48,084 nt of DNA from assembly GCA_024635715.1 (NCBI GenBank), contig JAGXIK010000171.1:1-48084 (forward strand), read 5' to 3'. Positions within the stretch are counted from its first letter, which is position 1. Each line of letters starts with the position of its first letter. A program made the translations under genes and the position numbers. The DNA comes from Gillisia sp. (GTDB lineage Bacteria; Bacteroidota; Bacteroidia; Flavobacteriales; Flavobacteriaceae). The notes under the pieces were generated by a model. It worked only from the letters and a program-made list of their open reading frames with translations, did not search any database and was not told the DNA's origin. Below, piece by piece: positions 38,678-47,807 of this stretch.

Positions 38678-40615
38678 ATGCCAAATTTAGTGGAAGTTAA
38701 TTACAACCAAACAGGAAAAAGTAAAAGCACCAATGCGTTAGGAATGCGTGAAATGCAAGAAAGAGCTTATGAAGCGCGAACAGCACAATATTTATTAATT
38801 AAAGCGCCGCCTGCCTCGGGTAAGTCAAGGGCCTTAATGTTTATTGGTCTAGATAAATTAGTAAATCAAGACATAAAAAAAGTAATTGTTGCTGTACCTG
38901 AGAAATCTATTGGAAGCTCTTTTGACAAAACGGAACTTAAGAAGTATGGCTTTTTTGAAGATTGGAACATAAATCCTATTTACAACTTATGTACTCCCGG
39001 TGGTGAAACAAGTAAGGTAAAAGCCTTTTTAAAGTTCTTGGACAGTGAGGAGAAAATATTAATTTGTACCCACGCCACATTGCGTTTTGCATTTGATGCA
39101 ATGGACGAAAAAGCATTGGACAATACCCTTTTGGCAATTGATGAATTTCACCACGTTTCTGCTGATGGCGGCAATCGTTTAGGGGAAGTGCTCCGTTCCA
39201 TAATGGAAAAATCAACTGCACATATTATAGCTATGACAGGTTCTTTTTTTAGGGGTGATAGCGTACCTATTTTACTGCCTGAAGTTGAAGCTAAATTTAT
39301 AAAAGTAACGTACAATTATTACGAACAATTAAACGGCTATGAATATTTAAAATCTTTGGGAATTGGGTATCACTTTTATCAAGGCAGATACACCTCGGCC
39401 ATTGATAAAATTTTAGATGAAAATAAAAAAACAATCCTTCATATTCCAAGTGTAAACGCAGGTGAATCCACTAAGGATAAATATGAAGAAGTAAACAGGA
39501 TTATTGACAGCTTAGGGGAACTGGAATATCAAGATCCTGATACCGGGGTATTATATGTTAAAAGCAAAAAAACAGGGAAAATCTTAAAAGTTGCAGATTT
39601 GGTAAATGACAATCAAATTGAACGAGATAAAATACAAGGCTATCTGCGCACTATTTCAGGCCCGGAGGATATTGATATTATTATTGCTTTGGGTATGGCA
39701 AAAGAAGGTTTTGATTGGCCATATTGCGAACACGCGTTAACAGTTGGCTACAGAGGTTCATTAACAGAAATTATTCAAATAATTGGACGGGCTACCCGTG
39801 ACAGCGAAAATAAAACACACGCGCAATTTACCAATTTAATAGCGCAGCCCGATGCCGAAAATGATGAGGTAAAACTTTCTGTAAACAATATGCTGAAAGC
39901 CATTACAGCTTCATTATTGATGGAACAAGTTTTAGCGCCCAATTTTAAATTCAAGCCAAAATATCCCGGTGAAGATGAAGAGGATTCGGAAGATGATGAA
40001 AATACAATTAAAATAGGTGGTTTTAAAACACCTTCATCCATAAGGGTAAAAGACATTATTGAATCAGATATAAACGACTTAAAAGCGACCATATTACAAA
40101 ATGGTGATATGCTAAAGGCAATGCCTGGCAATGTTGACCCGGAAGTTATCAATAAGGTATTAATTCCTAAAATCATTAAAGAAACCTATCCCGATTTAAC
40201 AGATGAAGAGGTGGAACAAGTGCGGCAATACGTCGTGGTAGATTCAGTAGTGAAAAACAGCACAATTGAACAAGTTGGAGATAAAAGGTTCATAAGAATG
40301 GCAGATAGTTTTGTAAACATTGACGACATTCATATTGATTTAATAGATACCATAAACCCATTCCAAAAGGCTTTTGAAATATTGTCCAAATCCGTTACAG
40401 CATCCGTATTTAAAGCCATTCAAGAAACAATTGATGCCACAAGAATACAGATGACAGAAGAAGAGGCCGTTATTTTATGGCCCAAAATTAAAAATTGGAA
40501 AGAAAAAACAGGAGAATTACCAAGCATTCAATCTTTTGACCCACAGGAAAGAAGATTGGCAGAAGCCATTATATTTTTAAGAGAGCAAAAAAGAAAAGCG
40601 AAAGCAAATGAGTAA
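38678..40615 (+). CDS. YeeB-like SF2 (DExH) helicase
   Basis: APPASGKS, DEFHH, MTGS, GMAKEGFDW, QIIGRATR. Confidence 0.9.
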   Translation: MPNLVEVNYNQTGKSKSTNALGMREMQERAYEARTAQYLLIKAPPASGKSRALMFIGLDKLVNQDIKKVIVAVPEKSIGSSFDKTELKKYGFFEDWNINPIYNLCTPGGETSKVKAFLKFLDSEEKILICTHATLRFAFDAMDEKALDNTLLAIDEFHHVSADGGNRLGEVLRSIMEKSTAHIIAMTGSFFRGDSVPILLPEVEAKFIKVTYNYYEQLNGYEYLKSLGIGYHFYQGRYTSAIDKILDENKKTILHIPSVNAGESTKDKYEEVNRIIDSLGELEYQDPDTGVLYVKSKKTGKILKVADLVNDNQIERDKIQGYLRTISGPEDIDIIIALGMAKEGFDWPYCEHALTVGYRGSLTEIIQIIGRATRDSENKTHAQFTNLIAQPDAENDEVKLSVNNMLKAITASLLMEQVLAPNFKFKPKYPGEDEEDSEDDENTIKIGGFKTPSSIRVKDIIESDINDLKATILQNGDMLKAMPGNVDPEVINKVLIPKIIKETYPDLTDEEVEQVRQYVVVDSVVKNSTIEQVGDKRFIRMADSFVNIDDIHIDLIDTINPFQKAFEILSKSVTASVFKAIQETIDATRIQMTEEEAVILWPKIKNWKEKTGELPSIQSFDPQERRLAEAIIFLREQKRKAKANE

Positions 40616-41807
40616 AAAGAAAACATTGGAAGATATTTTTAATGATGATGAATTTGGAATTTTAGATTCAAAACCTAAAGTGTCAAATGTTAAATCTGAA
40701 GATGAACGCTTAATTGAATCGTTCCGGGAAATCAATGCTTTTTATGAAAAAAATCAAAGGGAACCTAAGGCCAATAATGTAACGGAATTTAAACTGCTGG
40801 CGCGTTTAAAAAGTTTAAGGGCTGATGGCAGAAAAAAGGAAATTTTGAAATCCTATGATACCCATAATCTTTTAAATATTGAAAAAACTGCGGTTAATTC
40901 TTTAGACGATATTTTAAATGATGATGATTTGGGTATTTTAGATAGTAATGAAGCTGATGAAATTTTCAACCTAAAAAACATACCTCATATAAAAGACAGG
41001 GAAGAAACTGATTTTGTTGCGCGTAGAAAACCAATCAAAGATTTCAAATCGTATGAGCCAATATTTAAACAAGTTCATAAAGATTTAAAAGACAAAAAAA
41101 GAAAACTAATAAATTATGTTGGTGGACGATTGCAGGAAAAAACATTCTATATTTTAGATGGTATAATGCTGTATCTTGAAAATGTTGATTTTCATAGTGA
41201 AGCCAAAACATTAGATAGCGGAAAAAGATTGCGAAAAGATGGTCGTACGAAATGTGTATTTGAAAATGGCACTGTGTCTAATATGTTGTATCGCTCTCTT
41301 GAAAAAGGTTTATATAATAATGGAAAGGTAGTTACGCACAGCAGTGCAACAGACGACGAAGCCTTACAAAAAAATGCAAATGCAGTAAATGAGGAAGACC
41401 TGGCTGCAGGTTGGATTTATGTGTTAAAATCCAAATCAACCAATCCACAAATAGCATCCATAAATAACTTGTATAAAATTGGCTATTCAACCGTTCCGGT
41501 GATTGACCGCATTAAAAATGCAACAAAAGAAGCCACCTATTTAAAAGCGGAGGTGCAAATAATTTCAACATTTAAATGCTACAATGTAAACACACAAAAA
41601 TTTGAAAACCTATTACATAGGTTTTTAGCATTAGCCAAATTAAATGTGGATATTTTCGATGAAAATGGTGTGAGAATAACCCCTAGAGAATGGTTTGTTG
41701 TTCCAGTTGAAGTAATTGAAAAATCCATTGAATTATTAATTAGTGGTGAAATCATTGACTATAAATTAGATGCTTTAAATAATATTATTGTGGAAAAAGA
41801 TGATTAA
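40608..41807 (+). CDS. YeeC-like GIY-YIG (T5orf172/MUG113) nuclease
   Basis: GWIYVLKS...LYKIGYS, RIKNA, ENLLHRF, PREWF. Overlaps the helicase by 8 bp. Confidence 0.88.
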   Translation: MSKKKTLEDIFNDDEFGILDSKPKVSNVKSEDERLIESFREINAFYEKNQREPKANNVTEFKLLARLKSLRADGRKKEILKSYDTHNLLNIEKTAVNSLDDILNDDDLGILDSNEADEIFNLKNIPHIKDREETDFVARRKPIKDFKSYEPIFKQVHKDLKDKKRKLINYVGGRLQEKTFYILDGIMLYLENVDFHSEAKTLDSGKRLRKDGRTKCVFENGTVSNMLYRSLEKGLYNNGKVVTHSSATDDEALQKNANAVNEEDLAAGWIYVLKSKSTNPQIASINNLYKIGYSTVPVIDRIKNATKEATYLKAEVQIISTFKCYNVNTQKFENLLHRFLALAKLNVDIFDENGVRITPREWFVVPVEVIEKSIELLISGEIIDYKLDALNNIIVEKDD

Positions 41808-41846
41808 ATAAAACTGTACTCACTTTAATTGCAAAATGAAAAAGAA

Positions 41847-43169
41847 ATGAAACAAGAATTTAAACAACATATTATTGATGAGTTAAAAAAACGTAATTAC
41901 AAAGAAACTACTGTTAATCAGTATTCAAGTCAACTTTTTAAATTGTTTGAATATTATTCAGGAATTGTTCCTTTGGAGATTTCAAAAGAAAAAGTTTTGA
42001 AATATGCTCAATCTTTAATTGCCAAAAAACGTTCACAGTCATCAATCAAAATATTTTCTTATGCTTGTAACTTTTACTTCGACGAATTAAACAATAAGAA
42101 ACATGGTAATTATAATTTAAAATTACCTCCAATTCGAGAGGTAAAAGCGGTGTTTTTCACCCAAGGTGAAATAATTGATATGATTCGCACTAAAAATAAC
42201 TTAAAGCATCGAACAATTATTGCGCTAATGTACTCTTGTGGTCTAGAAACTTCAGAATTATTAAATATAAAGGTGAAACACATTAGTTTAAGCCCTAAAA
42301 AACCTAGTATTCAGATTGTCGATAATTATGGGAAAATTAGAAGAAAGGCTATTCTGTCAGGAAAGGTGATACCATTATTAAAAAACTATTATACTTCTTT
42401 TGAACCTGAAGAGTGGTTTTTTTATGGTGCTAAGGATAAAAACAAAAGATATTCACCAGCAAGTGTAAGAAAGATGATTGATGATACAATATCTGACTGT
42501 CATTTGAACCCATTATTAAAAGCAAAATCTTTAAAATTATCATATATAAAACATCTTACTGAGCTCGATGTTCCTCTAATCAGCATTCTGGGAAATCTTG
42601 GTATTTACAGTTTTGACACGCATTTAATTTACTCAAAAAAGATTTATGGCAATTATGAAATAGATTTTTCACCAATTGACAAGCTTATAAATAAAAATTT
42701 AGAAACTGAAAATTTTAAAGATTTAGAACATCTTGTTTTTGAGTTACAAAATAGTGATGAGATAGATTACTTGATGGAAGGCTTAGGTTGCTTTAGAAAT
42801 GGTTTATTAAGAGCTGGTGTTATTTTTTTATGGTCAGCTGTAATTAAAAATATTAGGCAAAAAATTATTGATAGTACTGAACTATCTGTGATTAATAAAG
42901 AGCTTCAGATTCTTGTTCCTAAGATAAAACAAATTAAAAATGTGGATAGTTTTGAATTCATTAAAGATGAAACCACATTACATTTAAGTGAAAGAGTTGG
43001 TTTATATGGTAAATTTGAAAAAAACGAACTTATTAATAGCTGCTTGGGGTTAAGAAATAAATGCGGTCATCCATCAAATTACAAACCTGAAATGCAAAAA
43101 GTAAAGGCATTTGTAGAGGATATTTTGAATATGGTTTATAAAAAGCAATCCTACAAACAACTTAATTAA
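41847..43169 (+). CDS. Degenerate integron-like tyrosine recombinase fused to a C-terminal HEPN-like domain
   Basis: Start likely ATG 41847. SAM-like N-terminus (LKKRNYKETTVNQY), NLKHRTIIALMYSCGLETSEL, SLKLSYIKHL, SPID. Then EGLGCF...RAGVIFLW...LRNKCGHP (RxxxxH). Confidence 0.8.
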   Translation: MKQEFKQHIIDELKKRNYKETTVNQYSSQLFKLFEYYSGIVPLEISKEKVLKYAQSLIAKKRSQSSIKIFSYACNFYFDELNNKKHGNYNLKLPPIREVKAVFFTQGEIIDMIRTKNNLKHRTIIALMYSCGLETSELLNIKVKHISLSPKKPSIQIVDNYGKIRRKAILSGKVIPLLKNYYTSFEPEEWFFYGAKDKNKRYSPASVRKMIDDTISDCHLNPLLKAKSLKLSYIKHLTELDVPLISILGNLGIYSFDTHLIYSKKIYGNYEIDFSPIDKLINKNLETENFKDLEHLVFELQNSDEIDYLMEGLGCFRNGLLRAGVIFLWSAVIKNIRQKIIDSTELSVINKELQILVPKIKQIKNVDSFEFIKDETTLHLSERVGLYGKFEKNELINSCLGLRNKCGHPSNYKPEMQKVKAFVEDILNMVYKKQSYKQLN

Positions 43170-43202
43170 AATCAAGTAGTTACATTTTAATTCTCATAAG
43201 AA

Positions 43203-45077
43203 ATGAATTTAAAAGAAATAAACATAGAGCAATTCAAATCCATAAATGATTTATATTCTTTTATTGATGAAAATGCGTATTTACTTATAAGTAAATGGGA
43301 ACTAATTAATCTATGGTCTCGTTTCAAAAATCAAACAAAGCTTGAAAGCGATAAAAAGAAATCCCAATGGGAGATCGATTGTTTTGTATTTGATATAAAA
43401 AGTGATTTGCTATTTTTACAAATTTATTCTGACGGAAAGAATATTGCAGAAATAAAAAAATATCCTGATCTAAATGAATTTCAAACAGAAGTAATAGAAT
43501 ATATCAAAGGACGTATAAAAACTTCAAATAATTCAATTCTTAAGGCTAGGTACAATCACTTATTATGGAAGTGTCCTAGTGGTATTAAAAAAACTGAGTA
43601 TGCTCAAGAGGCTATCGAAAATTATATAAATTCCATAAAAGAGTATTATAGGTTATTCCAAACAGATGAGAATAAAGAAAGTCCTATTCAAATAGGTGAA
43701 TTGTTTGAGACCTTAACCGCCATAAGTAACCAAATAAAATCTGATAAAACTTCATTGAAAGACCTATCTAAATTTTTATTATTTGAGGCGACTAAATTGG
43801 AGTTCTATACTCTTGAAGGAATTTTAAGAGATATGTTAGAGGCTCCTAAGATTTTTAAACCAAAAGATTTTGATAACTCACTTGAATTAATCATAAAAGA
43901 ATTAAAAAAAGATAAAATAGAGATAGATGACTTTTTTCTTGTTAATAACTATTTGCCTTTAGCTATAAAAATTGCTGTTAAAACAAACTCAGACACTAAA
44001 AAATGGCATAATGAAAAGGGTCAAGCTTATTTAAGAATGGCTGATGAGGTTACAAATGAAGATAAATTTTGGATTAAGCAGGATTATCATTCTAGTGCTA
44101 TTGAAGCTTTTAGGCAAGCTGGGAATATTAATGAAAGAAAAAAAACTGAAAAATTGTATGCAGATTTAAAGCCGAAAATAAAATTGCCTCTTTTTAAATT
44201 CGATTACTCCCCAGAAATACAAAAGTACTTACAAGAACATCAAAAACTAATAAAAATAAAAGCAGAGAATATTCTTAAACAAGATTACAATGTAATTTAT
44301 AGGTTTATATCTCAAGGTTTGTTTTTTCCTAATTATGAAAATGTAACTAAGGCTTCCTTAAAAAATTCAAATGCTTTCCTGGAATTTGCAACAAATATTA
44401 ATTTTGATAAAAACAAAAATATAGTCAAACAAAAAGTAAGCAACAAAGAATTAAAAAAAATATTTGATTCGTATAAATTTCAGATTGAAATTAGCGTTCT
44501 TCCATACTTACATTACATCATAATTTTAGGTATTAAGTCCGGTAAACTAACATTTGAAAATTTTATTAATTTTCTAGTTGAAGAAACTTGGATAGGCAAA
44601 ACATACATTCGTTACGATATAGGTGGTAATGAACAGCAAGTAAATTGGATTCAGCAATTAAGTCCTTCGATTGTAGAATTTTTCTTACAAGTTCAAGGGT
44701 GGTGTCACAGTAAATATTTCACTCCTAGTTTTATACTTTGTATTGATAGTTTTACATTAAAAATGGAAGGTATTTTTAGAAATTTTTGTGAAAGAGCAGG
44801 TATTCCTGTAAGTTTTGATAAAGATAAAGGGATGCAAGAAGCTTATATTAATAATGTATTTGATAATGAAACAATTATAGAATATTTCAATGAGGATGAT
44901 AGATTATTTTTCAATTACCTATTTTCTAATGAGGGAGGAATGAATTTGAGAAATAATGTTGCTCACTGTTTTTATTTACCAAATGAATACCGTCCCGATA
45001 AAATGTTATTACTTATAGCTGCTTTATTACGTCTTGGTAAATATGATTTAAAAATAGAACAAACATTTCATAAATAA
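43203..45077 (+). CDS. DUF4209-like large helical protein with a C-terminal HEPN motif
   Basis: LKARYNHLLW N-terminal motif, KMEGIFRNF, GGMNLRNNVAHC (RxxxxH). Confidence 0.75.
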   Translation: MNLKEINIEQFKSINDLYSFIDENAYLLISKWELINLWSRFKNQTKLESDKKKSQWEIDCFVFDIKSDLLFLQIYSDGKNIAEIKKYPDLNEFQTEVIEYIKGRIKTSNNSILKARYNHLLWKCPSGIKKTEYAQEAIENYINSIKEYYRLFQTDENKESPIQIGELFETLTAISNQIKSDKTSLKDLSKFLLFEATKLEFYTLEGILRDMLEAPKIFKPKDFDNSLELIIKELKKDKIEIDDFFLVNNYLPLAIKIAVKTNSDTKKWHNEKGQAYLRMADEVTNEDKFWIKQDYHSSAIEAFRQAGNINERKKTEKLYADLKPKIKLPLFKFDYSPEIQKYLQEHQKLIKIKAENILKQDYNVIYRFISQGLFFPNYENVTKASLKNSNAFLEFATNINFDKNKNIVKQKVSNKELKKIFDSYKFQIEISVLPYLHYIIILGIKSGKLTFENFINFLVEETWIGKTYIRYDIGGNEQQVNWIQQLSPSIVEFFLQVQGWCHSKYFTPSFILCIDSFTLKMEGIFRNFCERAGIPVSFDKDKGMQEAYINNVFDNETIIEYFNEDDRLFFNYLFSNEGGMNLRNNVAHCFYLPNEYRPDKMLLLIAALLRLGKYDLKIEQTFHK

Positions 45078-45275
45078 ATCTTTTATGAAACAACTATTAA
45101 CCACATCAATTTGCAAGTTGTTTACTTTGGGAATAATTACTCTTCAATAAAAAAACAGAAGCACCTGTTAGCGCGGAAATGTTTTCCGTGCATGCCGTTT
45201 TTATAGTAAATTTTAGGAAAAATGCAAAGCCACCATATCAAGCAGTATTTCGTTCCGTTGCTCTACACTCAATAC

Positions 45276-45332
45276 AGCTTCCAATTCCCCGCAATAAGAG
45301 CTTTAAAAAAAGCACTTATTTTTTGCCTTTGC
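45276..45332 (+). repeat. Direct repeat B, copy 2
   Basis: AGCTTCCAATTCCCCGCAATAAGAGCTTTAAAAAAAGCACTTATTTTTTGCCTTTGC; differs from copy 1 by one substitution and one extra A. Confidence 0.92.
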
Positions 45333-45608
45333 CCTCTTTTTGCTCCCTTTCCATAAGAATGGTCTCAGCAAAACAGAATGTTTAGCAGGTAATCCAGCCT
45401 GCTTAAGAATCAATAATAAAAACGAGATCACTTAAGAATATTATAAATTGTTTAGCCGTAAACTTATATTGCTTAATTTAGTCATCCATAATAATTACTG
45501 ACAATCTAAATAAATAAGAATACAATGTTGTTTTATCAGAAAATATTATTGATAATTAACAATTTATATTGGGACATAACAAGTTGTAGGTAATTTGAAA
45601 AAAAACAT

Positions 45609-46217
45609 ATGGTAGAAACTGAACAAGAAAAAATTAATAGATTACGAGTAAAATCTCATAATGATTCTTTTCATTGCTTTGGAAAAGCATACATATTTGA
45701 AAAAAGAGCGAACTATTACAATAAACTTTTAAACTTACTTACAGTATTAGGAATAATAGTTCCTGTTTCAATTGGAGCAACTGTTTTAGGATACGGAATT
45801 AACATTCTATTCTTAAAAATATTAATTGCAGTTGCAATTCCATTTTCAATATTTCAATTATTTATTTCAATTGTATCTGTCGTTTATAAATGGAGTGATG
45901 AATTATCTTATGCAAATGAATCTGCTCAAGAACATTATTTTTTATCGGATAGATTTAAAAAGCTAGGGGAGTTTCCTCCAAAAAAATTCATTGAAACCGA
46001 TCATAATTATGAATTAATCAATACAAGATTAAAAGCTCGAACTGAACAAGACACAGAGCATAATATTAGAGACTGGGAATTACGAATGGGAATGAGATAT
46101 GCTCTAAGAGAATATCAAAAAGAGTGTGTTGAATGTAAGAAAATACCAACTTCAATGGAATATTCTGATTGTTCAATTTGCGGAAAATTTAAAAACAATT
46201 TAATAAATAGACTATGA
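45609..46217 (+). CDS. Mobilome CxxCx(11)CxxC protein (SLATT-like, two TM helices)
   Basis: Two hydrophobic helices (LLTVLGIIVPVSIG; ILIAVAIPFSIFQLFISIVSVV). C-terminal CVEC-x11-CSIC. Confidence 0.8.
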   Translation: MVETEQEKINRLRVKSHNDSFHCFGKAYIFEKRANYYNKLLNLLTVLGIIVPVSIGATVLGYGINILFLKILIAVAIPFSIFQLFISIVSVVYKWSDELSYANESAQEHYFLSDRFKKLGEFPPKKFIETDHNYELINTRLKARTEQDTEHNIRDWELRMGMRYALREYQKECVECKKIPTSMEYSDCSICGKFKNNLINRL

Positions 46218-46402
46218 GTAAAAAATTAACACAACTAAAGATTTCTTATGCAGAATTAGATTATTCTGAAAGAAATGAAATGAGAGAATTCATTGACAAA
46301 TTTGAAAAAAGCACAATATCAGAAAGAATTACTTTGAATGAAAGTTTTAGAAAAAGTCTTGGACCAATAAATTCAAGTTCTTGTCCTATGTGTGGGAAAT
46401 AA
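46214..46402 (+). CDS. Small protein with a C-terminal CPxCG zinc knuckle
   Basis: ATGA overlap with the upstream gene. Ends in SLGPINSSSCPMCGK. Confidence 0.7.
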   Translation: MSKKLTQLKISYAELDYSERNEMREFIDKFEKSTISERITLNESFRKSLGPINSSSCPMCGK

Positions 46403-46420
46403 AACTACCCACAACACCTC

Positions 46421-46583
46421 ATGAAATTTATGCTTAAATCGGATTTAGCACAAGCCGTAAAAAAACTAATCAAAATTCAGTCTAAATTGAACAACAGCCC
46501 AAAAAAATATGGATATAAAACTCCTAATGAAATATTGGATTTTGAATTAAAAAATGTAGCTTAGTATCAATTAAAAACTGCAA
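46421..46583 (+). pseudogene. IS30-family transposase C-terminal remnant with possible right end
   Basis: Frame 46421-46564 reads ...IQSKLNNSPKKYGYKTPNEIL..., matching the IS30 LNxRPRKxLGYKTPxE motif. Confidence 0.65.
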
Positions 46584-46619
46584 CGTTTTGTTGTAATGTA
46601 ACCTTAAATGCAGCAAGTG

Positions 46620-47462
46620 ATGCGCAAAAAACAAGTTTTAATTTTATTTTTTTCATTAATTGCTTTTTCATTTGCTTATTCTCAAGAACAAATATTGTAT
46701 AAGCAGATTGATACGACCAAATTATTTATGGAAGTATACCATCCTGAGACAATTGATAAATTAAAAAAATATCCTGCGATGATTTTCTTTTTTGGAGGAG
46801 GTTGGAATAGTGGGTCGGTCAAACAATTTGAATCTCATGCCAAATATTTTTCACAAAGAGGAATAATTTGTTTTCTTGTTGATTACAGAGTAAAAAATCG
46901 ACAGCAAACCACACCGTTCGAATCACTGAAAGATGCCAAATCAGCAATTAGATTTATTAGAGAACATGCAGGCGAATTGCAAATTGATTCCTCTAAGATT
47001 ATTGCTTCGGGTGGCTCTGCTGGAGGACATTTGGCAGCTGCCACCGCCTTAATTGACTCCTATAATGAGGATACAGATAATTTAACGGTAAGTTGTATTC
47101 CAAATGCATTGGTCCTTTTTAATCCAGTTATCGATAATGGCCCAGGTGGTTATGGTTATGAAAGAATTGGAACAGAATATAAGAGATTTTCACCTCTTCA
47201 CAATATTAAAAAAGGAACACCGCCAACAATTTTTTTTCTTGGAACCAAAGATAAATTTATTCCAGTTGAAACTGCTGATTATTATAGGTTAATTATGGAA
47301 AGGGTTGAAAGCAGGTGTGATTTAAAATTGTATGACGGTCAAGGTCATGGTTTTTTCAACTATAGAAATTTTGAGTATTATAAAAAAACTGTTTTTGAAA
47401 CTGACAAATTCTTAAAATCACTTGGGTATATAAATACTGAACCAGTAATTAAAATTGAATAA
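46620..47462 (+). CDS. Secreted alpha/beta-hydrolase esterase (BD-FAE-like)
   Basis: Signal peptide (start at 46608 or 46620), FFGGGW, GGSAGG, GTKD, HGFFN. Confidence 0.88.
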   Translation: MRKKQVLILFFSLIAFSFAYSQEQILYKQIDTTKLFMEVYHPETIDKLKKYPAMIFFFGGGWNSGSVKQFESHAKYFSQRGIICFLVDYRVKNRQQTTPFESLKDAKSAIRFIREHAGELQIDSSKIIASGGSAGGHLAAATALIDSYNEDTDNLTVSCIPNALVLFNPVIDNGPGGYGYERIGTEYKRFSPLHNIKKGTPPTIFFLGTKDKFIPVETADYYRLIMERVESRCDLKLYDGQGHGFFNYRNFEYYKKTVFETDKFLKSLGYINTEPVIKIE

Positions 47463-47807
47463 AAATAGTTGGTAACAATGTACCTACAAAATAGGCGTGA
47501 TAGTTTAAATTCAACAGTTGTGGTTCGCTTTTCTATGAATTAGAGCAACGAAGGATAGTAATTTTTTTCTATGTCCTAGACCTTTGCTTTGAAGAGCTTT
47601 CCTTAGTAATGAGGAGCATGTTATTGGGGAGTGACGAGATAATGGGGAAAGTACGGAGGAGGTGTAGTTCCAATTATAATATTAAACGGGATCCGGTTGG
47701 GAACTAGTTTTATAAAATTCTAAAAATGTTAGATTTTTCAATGTTGTATTTAATCCTTAAAAATATAATACGATTATTCAGATGTTTTTTGATGAAGATC
47801 AAATAAA

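Larger units (their letters stand above)
45583..46415 (+). mobile_element. Gene-cassette-like unit bounded by attC-like half sites
   Basis: GTTGTAGGTAAT (45583-45594) just before the first ATG and ACTACCCACAAC (46404-46415) just after the last stop are 10/12 complementary. Confidence 0.5.

Noticed and set aside
41829-43169. Active integrase mobilising the island
   Set aside because: The catalytic Arg, HxxR and second His positions are substituted.
45179-45385. 68-aa ORF
   Set aside because: It spans non-coding repeat B, whose other copy differs by a 1-bp indel, so it is unlikely to be coding.
47600-47710. G-rich stretch with short inverted repeat TAGTTCC/GGAACTA
   Set aside because: Only a 7-bp stem, with no tRNA, REP or riboswitch pattern recognisable.
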